64,000 nucleotides of DNA, from NCBI GenBank assembly GCA_963749075.1, contig CAVVLJ010000017.1:384001-448000 (forward strand). The letters are read 5' to 3'. The stretch is from an uncultured Pseudomonadota bacterium (GTDB lineage Bacteria; Pseudomonadota; Alphaproteobacteria; JACZXZ01). Shown piece after piece: positions 28,892 to 38,168 of this stretch. Within the stretch, counting starts at the first letter, position 1; every line of letters begins with the position of its first letter. Under the pieces are notes generated by a model that did no database searches, was not told the DNA's origin, and saw only the letters and a list, made by a program, of their open reading frames with translations. The translations under genes were made by a program, and so were the position numbers.

Positions 28892-30676
28892 ATGTACACA
28901 GCCCCTTTGAGCGAGATGCGCTTCGCCCTCGATCTTGCGGGTCTCGCCGAGGTCGCCCGCCTGCCCGGTGCTGCGGACGCCGCACCCGACCTCGTCGACG
29001 CCATCCTCGAGGAGGCCGGCAAGCTCGCCTCCGAGGTGCTCGCACCCCTCAACCAGCCGGGCGACAGGGAGAGCTCGCGCCTGGAGAACGGCGTGGTCTA
29101 TACGCCCAAGGGCTTCAAGGAGGCCTATCGCACCTTCGTCGAGGGCGGCTGGAACAGCGTGCCCTTCGCACCCGAGCACGGCGGCCAGGGCCTCCCCACC
29201 CTCCTCCACATGGCGCTCAGCGAGATGTGGAACTCGGCGAACATGTCCTTCGCCCTCTGCCCGCTGCTCAATTTCGGTGCCGTCGAGGCGATCGATGCCC
29301 ACGGCTCGCCCGCGCAGAAGGCGCTCTACCTGCCCAAGATGATCGCGGGGGAGTGGACGGGCACCATGAACCTGACCGAGCCGCAGGCGGGCTCGGACCT
29401 GAGCCTCGTGAAGACGCGCGCGGTGCGCGACGGCGCGCAATACCGCATCACCGGCCAGAAGATCTTCATCACCTACGGCGACCACGATCTGACCGAGAAC
29501 ATCATCCACCTCGTGCTGGCGCGGCTGCCCGATGCACCGGCGGGGACGCACGGCATCTCCCTCTTCATCGTGCCCAAGCTCCTGGTGAAGGCGGACGGCG
29601 CGCTCGACGGGCGCAACGACCTGCGCTGCGTCTCGCTCGAGCACAAGCTCGGCATCCGCGCGAGCCCCACCGCGGTCATGGCCTATGGCGACGGCGGCGG
29701 GGCGGTCGGCTACCTCGTGGGCGAGGAGAACCGCGGCCTCCACTACATGTTCACCATGATGAACCACGCGCGGCTCGCCGTCGGGCTCGAGGGCGTCGCC
29801 ATTGCCGAGCGCGCCTACCAGCAGGCACGCGACTACGCCAAGAGCCGCGTGCAGAGCCGCGACATCGCGGGAACCGACGAGCGGCCGGTCACCATCATCC
29901 ACCACCCGGACGTCCGCCGCATGCTGCTTGAGATGCGCGCCGGCACCGAGGCCATGCGCGCGCTCAATTACTACGCTGCGGCGTTGCTCGACGTGGCCAA
30001 GCGCCACCCCGACGCCGCCGAGCGGAGCCGCGCCGAGGAGCTCGTCGATCTCCTCATCCCGGTGTGCAAGGCGTGGTCGACCGACCTCGGCGTCGAGCTC
30101 GCCTCGCTCGGCATCCAGGTGCACGGCGGCATGGGCTACATCGAGGAGACGGGTGCCGCCCAGCATTACCGCGACGCGCGCATAGCACCCATCTACGAGG
30201 GCACCAACGGCATCCAGGCGAACGACCTCATGGGCCGCAAGCTCGGCCGCGACGGCGGTGCGGCGGCGCGCCGCTTCATCGCCAAGATGCGCGAGAGCGA
30301 GGCAGGGCTCGCCGCGGCAAAGGGCGACGAGCTCGCGGCGCTGCGTAGGCCGTTGCGCGAGGGCCTCGATGCCCTCGCCGCCGCCACTGACTGGATGGTC
30401 GCGACCATGGCCAAGGACATCCGCCGCGCCGCCGCGGGTGCCGCGGAATATCTCGACCTCTTCGGCACCGTGGTGGGCGGCTGGCTCATGGCGCGCGCGG
30501 CACTCGAGGCGGCGAGGCACCTTGCCAAAGGCGAGGGCGACGCCGCCTTCCACAAGGCCAAGCTCGTCTCGGCGCGCTTCTACGCCGACTGCCGGCTGGC
30601 GCGGGCACCCGCCTCGCTCGCTCCCATCATGCGCGCGGGCGACAGCGTGCTGGCGCTCGACGAAGAGCAGTTCTAG
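28892..30676 (+). CDS. Acyl-CoA dehydrogenase (DmdC-like clade)
   Basis: GTMNLTEPQAGSDL, KIFITYGDHD, QVHGGMGY, IYEGTNGIQA. Confidence 0.93.
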   Translation: MYTAPLSEMRFALDLAGLAEVARLPGAADAAPDLVDAILEEAGKLASEVLAPLNQPGDRESSRLENGVVYTPKGFKEAYRTFVEGGWNSVPFAPEHGGQGLPTLLHMALSEMWNSANMSFALCPLLNFGAVEAIDAHGSPAQKALYLPKMIAGEWTGTMNLTEPQAGSDLSLVKTRAVRDGAQYRITGQKIFITYGDHDLTENIIHLVLARLPDAPAGTHGISLFIVPKLLVKADGALDGRNDLRCVSLEHKLGIRASPTAVMAYGDGGGAVGYLVGEENRGLHYMFTMMNHARLAVGLEGVAIAERAYQQARDYAKSRVQSRDIAGTDERPVTIIHHPDVRRMLLEMRAGTEAMRALNYYAAALLDVAKRHPDAAERSRAEELVDLLIPVCKAWSTDLGVELASLGIQVHGGMGYIEETGAAQHYRDARIAPIYEGTNGIQANDLMGRKLGRDGGAAARRFIAKMRESEAGLAAAKGDELAALRRPLREGLDALAAATDWMVATMAKDIRRAAAGAAEYLDLFGTVVGGWLMARAALEAARHLAKGEGDAAFHKAKLVSARFYADCRLARAPASLAPIMRAGDSVLALDEEQF

Positions 30677-30728
30677 GCGCCAGGCCCGCAAGAGGCGCCC
30701 GACTGCAGGCGGAGGGGAGCGGGAGACG

Positions 30729-31517
30729 ATGAGCGAGACGATCGTGAGCGGCATCAAGCCGGGGCTGCGCGTGCTGGTGACGGCGGCGGCGGCCGGCATC
30801 GGGCGCAGCATCGCCGACGCCTTCATCGCCCATGGCGCGCGGGTCTATGTCTCGGACGTGGACGAGGCGGCGCTCTCCCGCTATCTCGCAGGCGCGCCCG
30901 CGGCACTCGGCATGCTCTCGGACGTGGCGGACGAGGCGGCCGTCGACCGCATGTTCGACGATCTCGCGGCACGGCTCGGCGGCCTCGACCTCCTCGTCAA
31001 CAATGCCGGCATCGCGGGCCCCACGGCCGCGGTCGAGGACATCGACCCCGCCGAGTGGCGGCGCACCGTCAACGTGAACCTGACCGGGCACTTCTACTGC
31101 ACGCGCCGCGCCGTTCCCCTCCTCAAGAACGCCGCGGAGGGCGCCATCATCAACATCTCGTCGGTGGCGGGGCGGCTCGGTTACGCCCATCGCCTGCCCT
31201 ATGCCGCGACCAAATGGGCGATCGTCGGCATGACGCAGTCCCTCGCCAAGGAGCTCGGGCCCGCCGGCATCCGGGTCAACGCCATTCTCCCCGGCGTGGT
31301 GGCCGGCCCGCGCATCGAGCGCGTCTTCGCGGCACGGGCCAAATTGACCGGGATGAGCATCGCGGAGGCGCGCGCGGAAAGCCTCGGCAAGGTCTCGCTC
31401 CGCCGCACGGTGTCGCCCGAGGACGTGGCCAACATGGCGCTCTTCCTCGCCTCGCCCGCCGGACGCAACATCTCGGGGCAGGCGCTCAGCGTCTGCGGCA
31501 ACGTCGAGACCCTCTGA
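30729..31517 (+). CDS. SDR-family oxidoreductase
   Basis: TAAAAGIG, NNAGIAGP, YAATK. Confidence 0.92.
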   Translation: MSETIVSGIKPGLRVLVTAAAAGIGRSIADAFIAHGARVYVSDVDEAALSRYLAGAPAALGMLSDVADEAAVDRMFDDLAARLGGLDLLVNNAGIAGPTAAVEDIDPAEWRRTVNVNLTGHFYCTRRAVPLLKNAAEGAIINISSVAGRLGYAHRLPYAATKWAIVGMTQSLAKELGPAGIRVNAILPGVVAGPRIERVFAARAKLTGMSIAEARAESLGKVSLRRTVSPEDVANMALFLASPAGRNISGQALSVCGNVETL

Positions 31518-31627
31518 GCATCCGCCCGCCGCGCGGCCTCACGCGCATGTGACCGCGGTCATAGCGCCGCCCGCCCCCAGCCTTAAGATCACCCCCGCAC
31601 AGAGGCGCCCATTCTGTGTATCGACTT

Positions 31628-31666
31628 GGGGCGGGGGTTGCGCAAGCGGCACCCGCCCCCTTTTTT
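31628..31666 (+). terminator. Intrinsic terminator
   Basis: GGGGCGGG…CCCGCCCC followed by a T6 tract. Confidence 0.6.
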
Positions 31667-31689
31667 GCTCTCGGCGGATGCTGGGGCTG

Positions 31690-31890
31690 CACACATCTCG
31701 AGGAGACTTGCAGCGCCGCCGTGGGTCCTTCGAGACGCGCCCCTTCGGGGCGCTCCTCAGGATGAGGCGAATTTGTGTATGGCAGATAGAGTTAACCTCG
31801 TCCTGAGGAGCGAGCGGAGCGAGCGTCTCGAAGGACCCACCGCAGCCGGTCCGAGGCCCCTTTGCACAGCGCAACACCACGATTTGCCGA
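31690..31890. repeat. Second, end-degenerate copy of the MITE/REP-doublet element
   Basis: Colinear with 13544-13745 (CACACATCTCGAGG…TCCTTCGAGACGCG…CTCAGGATGAGG…CGTCTCGAAGGACC…GATTTGCCGA). Confidence 0.85.
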
Positions 31891-31909
31891 TGCCGGGACT
31901 CGGACTAAA

Positions 31910-31956
31910 TATTGTGTTCATCATATTTTATTGTCTGTGATATGATTATCATCATA
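31910..31956. promoter_or_regulatory. Two TATGAT-N4-ATCATA palindromes, likely TetR autoregulatory operators
   Basis: Perfect copy at 31941-31956; degenerate TATTGT-N4-ATCATA at 31910-31925. Confidence 0.7.
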
Positions 31957-31971
31957 TTTATAGGAGCGGCG

Positions 31972-32562
31972 ATGCCGAAGAGCCTGCAGCGCAAGGAGGA
32001 GACCCGGCGGCGCATCCTGGATGCGGCCGGCCGGCAGTTTCGCGCGGCCGGGCTGAACGGCGCTGGCGTCGCCGAGATCATGGCGGCGGCCGGCTTGACC
32101 CATGGCGGCTTCTACGCCCACTTCGCCGACAAGGCGGCCCTCGCCGCCGCGGCGCTCGAGGCCGCACTCGAGGAGAACCGCGTCGTCTGGCTCGCCGGGC
32201 TGGGCGGCCTCTCCCAGGCGGACGCCTATCGCCGCATCGCCGGCCGCTACCTCTCGCCGGCGCACCGCGACAACCCCGCCGAAGGCTGCGCCATGGCGGC
32301 ACTCGCGAGCGAGCTCGCACGGCCGGGCGGGAGCAGCCTGCGCGCCGTCTTCACGGCGGCCTTTGCCGAGACCCTGCGGGCGCTCGAGCCCTTCATGCCG
32401 GCGGGCGAACGCCTGCGACCGCGCGAGCGCGCGCTCGCCACCGCGGCCTTAGCACTCGGCGGCCTGCTGCTCGCCCGCATAGTCGACGACGAAACGCTCT
32501 CGAACGAGGTGCTGCTCGCCTGCCGCCGCGCGGCTCTCGCCGCACTCGGGCCGCATGGCTGA
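31972..32562 (+). CDS. TetR/AcrR-family regulator
   Basis: TRRRILDAA…IMAAAGLTHGGFYAHF; AGGAG RBS. Confidence 0.93.
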   Translation: MPKSLQRKEETRRRILDAAGRQFRAAGLNGAGVAEIMAAAGLTHGGFYAHFADKAALAAAALEAALEENRVVWLAGLGGLSQADAYRRIAGRYLSPAHRDNPAEGCAMAALASELARPGGSSLRAVFTAAFAETLRALEPFMPAGERLRPRERALATAALALGGLLLARIVDDETLSNEVLLACRRAALAALGPHG

Positions 32563-32641
32563 GCTACCGCGCCGGCCGCGAAGGCGCTAAGCTCGCCGCT
32601 GGCGGCACGGCCAAAAAGACCACAGCGGGAGGGAGCGCCCG

Positions 32642-33115
32642 ATGACGGCGGCGGCAGTCGACTTCGATCTCGAGCAGATCATGGCCTTCATTCCGCACCG
32701 CTATCCGTTCCTGCTCATCGACCGGGTCGTCAATGCCGTTGCCGACAAGGGCGGCGTCGGCATCAAGACGGTCACGGTCGACGAGCCCTATTTCCGCGGG
32801 CTGCCCTTGCAGCAGCTCGCCATGCCCGGCATGCTCATCGTCGAGGCCCTGACCCAGACCGCGGCGGTCGTGGCCATCCACACCCTCGGCAGCGCGGTTG
32901 CGGGAAAATTCATGTATCTCATGGGGCTGCACGGGGTGCGCTTCCGCCGCCTGGTGCGGCCGGGCGACGTGCTCTTCCTCCACATCGCCAAGCTGCGCTC
33001 CCACGGCCCCTTCTCGAAGCTTCGCGGCGAGGCCAAGGTCGGCGGCAATCTGGTGGCGGAGGCGACGCTCACGGCTACGATCCTCGAGGCCGAAGCCGCC
33101 TTCCGGACGCCGTAG
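32642..33115 (+). CDS. FabZ-like hotdog-fold protein lacking the catalytic His motif
   Basis: IPHRYPFLLIDRV, MPGMLIVEALTQ, FRRLVRPGD; GHFP replaced by GLPL. Confidence 0.8.
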   Translation: MTAAAVDFDLEQIMAFIPHRYPFLLIDRVVNAVADKGGVGIKTVTVDEPYFRGLPLQQLAMPGMLIVEALTQTAAVVAIHTLGSAVAGKFMYLMGLHGVRFRRLVRPGDVLFLHIAKLRSHGPFSKLRGEAKVGGNLVAEATLTATILEAEAAFRTP

Positions 33116-33147
33116 CGCCGCGCGGCTCGCCGGCCAGGTCCGCCGCC

Positions 33148-34041
33148 ATGACCGAACTCGAAATCCCGGCCGTCGACCCGTACCTGCGCAGCCGCGTCGA
33201 CGTGCTCGACGCCCAGATGGAGTTCATCGACGCAGGCCGCGGCGACGCCATCGTCTTCCTCCACGGCAACCCGACCTCCTCCTATCTCTGGCGCAACGTC
33301 ATCCCGCGCACGGCCGGACTCGGGCGGGCGCTCGCCCCCGACCTCGTCGGCATGGGCCGCTCGAGCCGCGCGCCCGGGGGCAGCTACCGCTTCGCCGACC
33401 ACGCGCGCTATCTCGACGCCTGGTTCGAGGCGGCGGGCGTGGGCGACCGCGTCGTCATCGTCGGCCACGACTGGGGCGGCGCCCTCGGCTTCCATTGGGC
33501 GAGGCGGCACGCCGCGCGCGTCCAGGGCATCGTCTATATGGAGACCATCGTGCGCCCGCTCCTCATGTCCGAATGGCCGGAGAAGGCGCGCGGCATCTTT
33601 GCGGCCATGCGCTCGCGCGCGGGCGAGGATCTGGTGCTGCAGAAGAACGTCTTCGTCGAGCGCATCCTGCCGGCGAGCGTGCTGCGCGGGCTCGGCGAGG
33701 CCGAGATGGCGGTCTATCGCGCGCGCTTCCGCGAGCCGGGCGAGAGCCGCCGCCCGACCCTCGCGTGGCCGCGCGAGATCCCGCTCGACGGCAAGCCCGC
33801 GGACGTGGTCGAGACCGTCGAGGCCTATGGCGCGTGGCTCAAAAAGAGCCCCGTGCCCAAGCTCTTCGTCAATGCCGAGCCGGGCTCGATCCTCACGGGC
33901 GCCCAGCGCGAGTTCTGCCGGCGCTGGCCGAACCAGCGCGAGGCGACCGTCGCGGGGAGCCATTTCATCCAGGAGGATTCGCCGCACGAGATCGGCGCCG
34001 CGATCGCCGGCTTCGTGCGCGGACTCCGCGGCAGCGCCTGA
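33148..34041 (+). CDS. Haloalkane dehalogenase (DhaA/LinB family)
   Basis: LHGNPTSSYLWRN, GHDWGG, YMETIV, PTLAWPREIP, HFIQEDSP. Confidence 0.92.
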   Translation: MTELEIPAVDPYLRSRVDVLDAQMEFIDAGRGDAIVFLHGNPTSSYLWRNVIPRTAGLGRALAPDLVGMGRSSRAPGGSYRFADHARYLDAWFEAAGVGDRVVIVGHDWGGALGFHWARRHAARVQGIVYMETIVRPLLMSEWPEKARGIFAAMRSRAGEDLVLQKNVFVERILPASVLRGLGEAEMAVYRARFREPGESRRPTLAWPREIPLDGKPADVVETVEAYGAWLKKSPVPKLFVNAEPGSILTGAQREFCRRWPNQREATVAGSHFIQEDSPHEIGAAIAGFVRGLRGSA

Positions 34042-34055
34042 GCGGGGAGAGCGAC

Positions 34056-34853
34056 ATGTCGGACACCGTTCTGGTCACGCGCAAGGACGCAGTCGCCACG
34101 GTCACGCTCAACCGGCCCGCCGCCTTGAACGCCCTCGACGACGCCATGATGCCCGCCTTGGAGGAGACCTTCACGGCGCTCGAGGCCAACGCCGCGGTGC
34201 GCGCCGTCATCGTGCGCGGGGCGGGCGAGCACTTCATGGCCGGCGGCGACGTGAAGCTCTTCCACCGCGGCCTCGCGCTGCCGCCCGCCGAGCGCCGCCG
34301 CCGCCTCGAGAGCTTCGTGCACAAGCTGCACCCCACGGTCATCGCCATCCGGCGCATGCCGCAGCCGGTCATCGCCAGCGTGCGCGGGGCTGCCGCCGGC
34401 TTCGGCCTGAGCCTCGTCATGGCCTGCGATCTGGCGGTCTGTGCCGAGGACGCCTATTTCACCGTCGCCTATTCGCTCATCGGCACCAGCCCCGACGGCT
34501 CGGGCACCTATCACCTGCCGCGCATCGTCGGCATGAAGAAGGCGATGGAGCTCGCCCTCCTCGCCGAGCGCTTCGATGCGCGCGCGGCGCTCGCACTCGG
34601 CTTCGTCAACAAGGTGGTGCCTGCGGGCGAGCTCGAGGCCGCGAGCGAGGCGCTCGCCGCACGCCTCGCCCAAGGACCCACGCGCGCCTACGGCAACACC
34701 AAGCGCCTCTTGAACCAGTCGCTCGCCAACACGCTTGCCGCCCAGCTCCAGGCCGAGGCGGAGAGCTTCGCCGACTGCGCCGCGAGCGAGGACTTCGCCG
34801 AGGGTGTCAACGCCTTCGTCGAGAAGCGCAAACCCCGCTTCAGCGGCACCTGA
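34056..34853 (+). CDS. Enoyl-CoA hydratase/isomerase (PaaG-like)
   Basis: TLNRPAALNAL, FMAGGD, GAAAGFG, SPDGSGT, AFVEKRKPRF. Confidence 0.92.
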   Translation: MSDTVLVTRKDAVATVTLNRPAALNALDDAMMPALEETFTALEANAAVRAVIVRGAGEHFMAGGDVKLFHRGLALPPAERRRRLESFVHKLHPTVIAIRRMPQPVIASVRGAAAGFGLSLVMACDLAVCAEDAYFTVAYSLIGTSPDGSGTYHLPRIVGMKKAMELALLAERFDARAALALGFVNKVVPAGELEAASEALAARLAQGPTRAYGNTKRLLNQSLANTLAAQLQAEAESFADCAASEDFAEGVNAFVEKRKPRFSGT

Positions 34854-34870
34854 GCCGGGAAGGACGAGCC

Positions 34871-35689
34871 ATGGCAAGTCTCGCGGGCAAGACGCTCTTC
34901 GTGACCGGCGGCAGCCGGGGCATCGGCCTGGCGATCGCCCTGCGCGCGGCAGCCGACGGCGCCCGCATCGCGATTGCGGCCAAGACCGCCGAGCCGCATC
35001 CCAACCTCGAGGGCACCATCCACACGGCGGCCAGGGAGATCGAGGCGGCGGGCGGCGCCTGCCTGCCGCTCCAGCTCGACATCCGCGACGAGGCGGGCGT
35101 CTTCGCCGCGGTCGAGGAGACCGCCAAGGCCTTCGGCGGCATCGACATCCTGATCAACAACGCGAGCGCCATCAGCCTCACGGGCACGCTCGAGACGCCG
35201 ATCAAGCGCTACGACCTGATGAACGCCGTCAACGCGCGCGGCACCTACCTCTGCTCGCAGGCCTGCCTCCCCTATCTCAAGCGCGCCGCCAATCCGCACA
35301 TCCTCACGCTCTCTCCGCCGCTCAGTCTGGAGGCGCGCTGGTTCGCCCCCCACGTCGCCTACACCATCGCGAAATACGGCATGAGCATGTGCGTGCTCGG
35401 CATGGCCGAGGAGTTCCGGCGCGAGCGCGTCGCGGTCAACGCCCTCTGGCCGCGCACGGTGATCGCGACGGCAGCACTCCGGCTCATCCCCGGCGCCGAC
35501 CCGCGGAAGGGCCGCGTGCCGCGCATCGTGGCGGATGCGGCGCACGCCATCCTGGTGCGCGAGAGTGCCGGCTGCACCGGCAATTTCTTCATCGACGAGG
35601 AGGTGCTGCGCGCCGAGGGAGTTGCCGATTTCGCCCCTTACGCGGTGGCGCCCGGCGAGCCGCTCCTTCGCGATCTCTTCCTCTCCTGA
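34871..35689 (+). CDS. SDR oxidoreductase (HSDL2-like)
   Basis: TGGSRGIG, AKTAEPHPNLEGTI, NNASAI, YTIAKYGMS. Confidence 0.92.
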   Translation: MASLAGKTLFVTGGSRGIGLAIALRAAADGARIAIAAKTAEPHPNLEGTIHTAAREIEAAGGACLPLQLDIRDEAGVFAAVEETAKAFGGIDILINNASAISLTGTLETPIKRYDLMNAVNARGTYLCSQACLPYLKRAANPHILTLSPPLSLEARWFAPHVAYTIAKYGMSMCVLGMAEEFRRERVAVNALWPRTVIATAALRLIPGADPRKGRVPRIVADAAHAILVRESAGCTGNFFIDEEVLRAEGVADFAPYAVAPGEPLLRDLFLS

Positions 35690-35697
35690 GGTGCGCC

Positions 35698-36472
35698 GTG
35701 CCCGAGCTCGACATCGCCTCGGCCGTGGCCGCGTTCTGGCAAGAGCACGAGCGCGGCGTCCACTTCCCGCCGGCGTGGAGCGGCAAGCTCTCGCTCGACG
35801 AGGCGTACCAGATCCAGCTCGGGCTCGTGACGCTGCGCGAGGCCGCGGGCGAGCGCCGCATCGGCTGGAAGGTCGGCCTCACCTCCGCCGCCATCCAGCA
35901 GCAGTTCCGCGTGCACGAGCCGGTTTTCGGCTGCCTCCTCGAGGAGGGGCTCAAAGCGAGCGGCGAGCGCTTCCGCCACTCGGAGCTGATCCAGCCCGGC
36001 TTCGAGACCGAGAATCTGCGTGCGCCTTGCGCGCGATCTCGCCGGCTCCGCGGTCGCCGCCGCGGAGGCGGCCGCCGCGGTCGACGTCTGCTATCCCGCC
36101 TTCGAGATCATCGAGACGCGGGGCGACCTCACCAAGGAACTCGCCTTGGCGCTGGCCAACAACGCCCAGCAGAAGGCCTTCGTGCTCGGCAAGGGCGTCC
36201 GCTTCTCGGCCGGGCTCGACGTTGCCTCGATCGCTGTCTCGGTCGAGATGAACGGCAAGGAGGTCGCGACCGGCAGGGCGGATTCGGTGCTCGGCAACCC
36301 GCTCAACTCGCTCCTCTTCCTCGCCCGCAAGCTCAGCCAGTTCGGCCGCAGCCTCAAGGCCGGAGAGCTCGTCATGACCGGCTCGCTCACGCGCCAGTTT
36401 GCCCTCGCCAAGGGCGAGCGCATCCGCGCCCGCTTCGACCGCCTGGGCGAGGTCGAGGCGAGCTTCGACTAG
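35698..36472 (+). CDS. 2-keto-4-pentenoate hydratase/FAH-family protein, with a frameshift at 36013-36014
   Basis: GWKVGLTS…EPVFG, then PAFEIIE…VLGNPLN…MTGS after removing one A in GAGAATC. Confidence 0.85.
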
Positions 36473-36591
36473 CGCGTGGCCGGCCCAGGGCGGCTTTTTC
36501 CCTTGCTTTGCGCGGGCATGGGCCGTAAGAGGCGCGCGGCGCAAGCATCGCCTCTCGGCAAGGGGGGCCAGGAGCGGAGGGCGGTGGAACC

Positions 36592-37437
36592 ATGGAGTGG
36601 TACAAGGAGACCCTCTACAAGGAGATCAGCCAGAGCTTCAAGATCGCGCGGGTCATCCATCGCGAGAAGACCGCTTTCCAGGACCTGGTGATCTTCGAGA
36701 ACGGGCTGATGGGCCGCGTGCTGGCGCTCGACGGCGTCATCCAGCTGAGCGAGGGCGACGAGTTCTTCTATCACGAGATGATGGGTCACGTGCCGCTCAT
36801 CGCCCACGGCAGTGCCAAGCGCGTGCTCATCGTCGGCGGCGGCGACGGCGGCCTCTTGCGCGAGGTGCTCAAGCACAAGGGCGTCGAGCGCGTCGTCATG
36901 GTCGAGATCGACCGCTACGTCATCGAGCTCTCGAGGAAATACCTGCCGTCCTTGCCCGGCAAGGCCTTCGAGGATCCGCGCGGCGAGATCGTCATTGCCG
37001 ACGGCGCCAAGTTCGTCGCCGAGACCGCCGAGCGCTTCGACGTCATCATGGTCGATTCCACGGACCCCATCGGCCCGGGCGAAGTGCTCTTCACCTCGGA
37101 GTTCTACGCCAACTGCAAGCGCTGCATGAAGCCGGGCGGCGTCATGGTGACCCAGAACGGCGTGCCCTTCTTCCAGCCCGACGAGCTCTCGACCACCTGG
37201 CAGCGCCTCAAGCCGATCTTCCCCGACGTGAGCTTCTTCCTCGTGCCGGTGCCGACCTATTACGGCAGCTTCATGACGCTCGGCTGGGCAAGCCTGGACC
37301 AGCACTACCGCCGCCTTGCCGCGGACGAGATCGAGCGCCGCTTCGCCGCCGCCGGGATCGACACCCGCTATTACAACGCGGGCATCCACCAAGCCTCTTT
37401 CCAGCACCCCAATTACATCCGCGCGCAACTCGGCTGA
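36592..37437 (+). CDS. speE: Spermidine synthase (polyamine aminopropyltransferase)
   Basis: LDGVIQ, YHEMMGHVP, VLIVGGGDGG, VDSTDPIGPG. Confidence 0.95.
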   Translation: MEWYKETLYKEISQSFKIARVIHREKTAFQDLVIFENGLMGRVLALDGVIQLSEGDEFFYHEMMGHVPLIAHGSAKRVLIVGGGDGGLLREVLKHKGVERVVMVEIDRYVIELSRKYLPSLPGKAFEDPRGEIVIADGAKFVAETAERFDVIMVDSTDPIGPGEVLFTSEFYANCKRCMKPGGVMVTQNGVPFFQPDELSTTWQRLKPIFPDVSFFLVPVPTYYGSFMTLGWASLDQHYRRLAADEIERRFAAAGIDTRYYNAGIHQASFQHPNYIRAQLG

Positions 37438-37487
37438 AGCGGCAAGTACTGGCGCCGCTTCGGCCGAGCCTTCTCGCAGCGTCCAGG

Positions 37488-38056
37488 CTACTTCTTCTTG
37501 ACCTCGATGGTGCGCTCCTGCGCCTTCGCCGCCTTGGTCTTGGGCAGCGCCAGCACGAGCACGCCCTTGGAGAACTCGGCCGAGAATCTTCTCGGCATCC
37601 ACGCTCTCCGGCAGGCGGAAGCTGCGCTGCACGGTGCCGTAGCTGCGCTCGGACAGGTAATAGTCCTTCTTCTTCTCCTCGTGCTCGACCTTCTTCTCGC
37701 CCTTGATGGTGAGGACGCCGTCGCTCAGGGTGACGGCCACGTCCTTCTCGTCCATCCCGGGCATCTCGGCCTCGATGCGAAAGCCCTCGGGCGTCTCCGA
37801 GAACGTCGACCTTCGGTGCGAACGCCGGCGCGGGCGCCGCGAGCGGCTCTGCCACGCGCTTGAAGGGATCGAAGCCGAAGAACGCGCTCGGGAACGACGG
37901 CAGGCCCGGCCAGCCGCGGAAGAAATCGTCGAACACCCGATCGATCTCGTTGCGCAGGCTGCCGAACGGATAGGTCTCGCCGGCTACAGCGGGAAGCGGC
38001 GGCATCACCGCGGTCTTCCCCGTCCTCTCGACCGGCACGCTATTGGTTGCGGCCAT
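37488..38056 (-). CDS. Hsp20/alpha-crystallin small heat-shock protein, with frameshifts at 37802-37803 and 37585-37586
   Basis: Repaired reading …PKVDVSETPEGFRIEAEMPG…LTIKGEKK…ERSYGTVQRSFRLP…KISAEFSKGVLVLALPK…IEVKKK. Confidence 0.88.
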
Positions 38057-38143
38057 GACGATGTCTCCTTGCTTGCATTCTCCGCGCGCCGCCCAACGGC
38101 GCCCGGATTGGCCGCAGCTTGCCACTTCGCGCGTTGCAGCGCC

Positions 38144-38157
38144 TTGACCTAGATCAA
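38144..38157. promoter_or_regulatory. FixK/Fnr box upstream of Hsp20
   Basis: TTGACCTAGATCAA, one mismatch to TTGAT-N4-ATCAA. Confidence 0.7.
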
Positions 38158-38168
38158 AACGCGCGGCG

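Noticed and set aside
35698-38056. Hydratase and Hsp20 as pseudogenes or programmed frameshifts
   Set aside because: No other decay, no slippery sequence, and the error context is shared with four other sites, so a sequencing artefact is more likely
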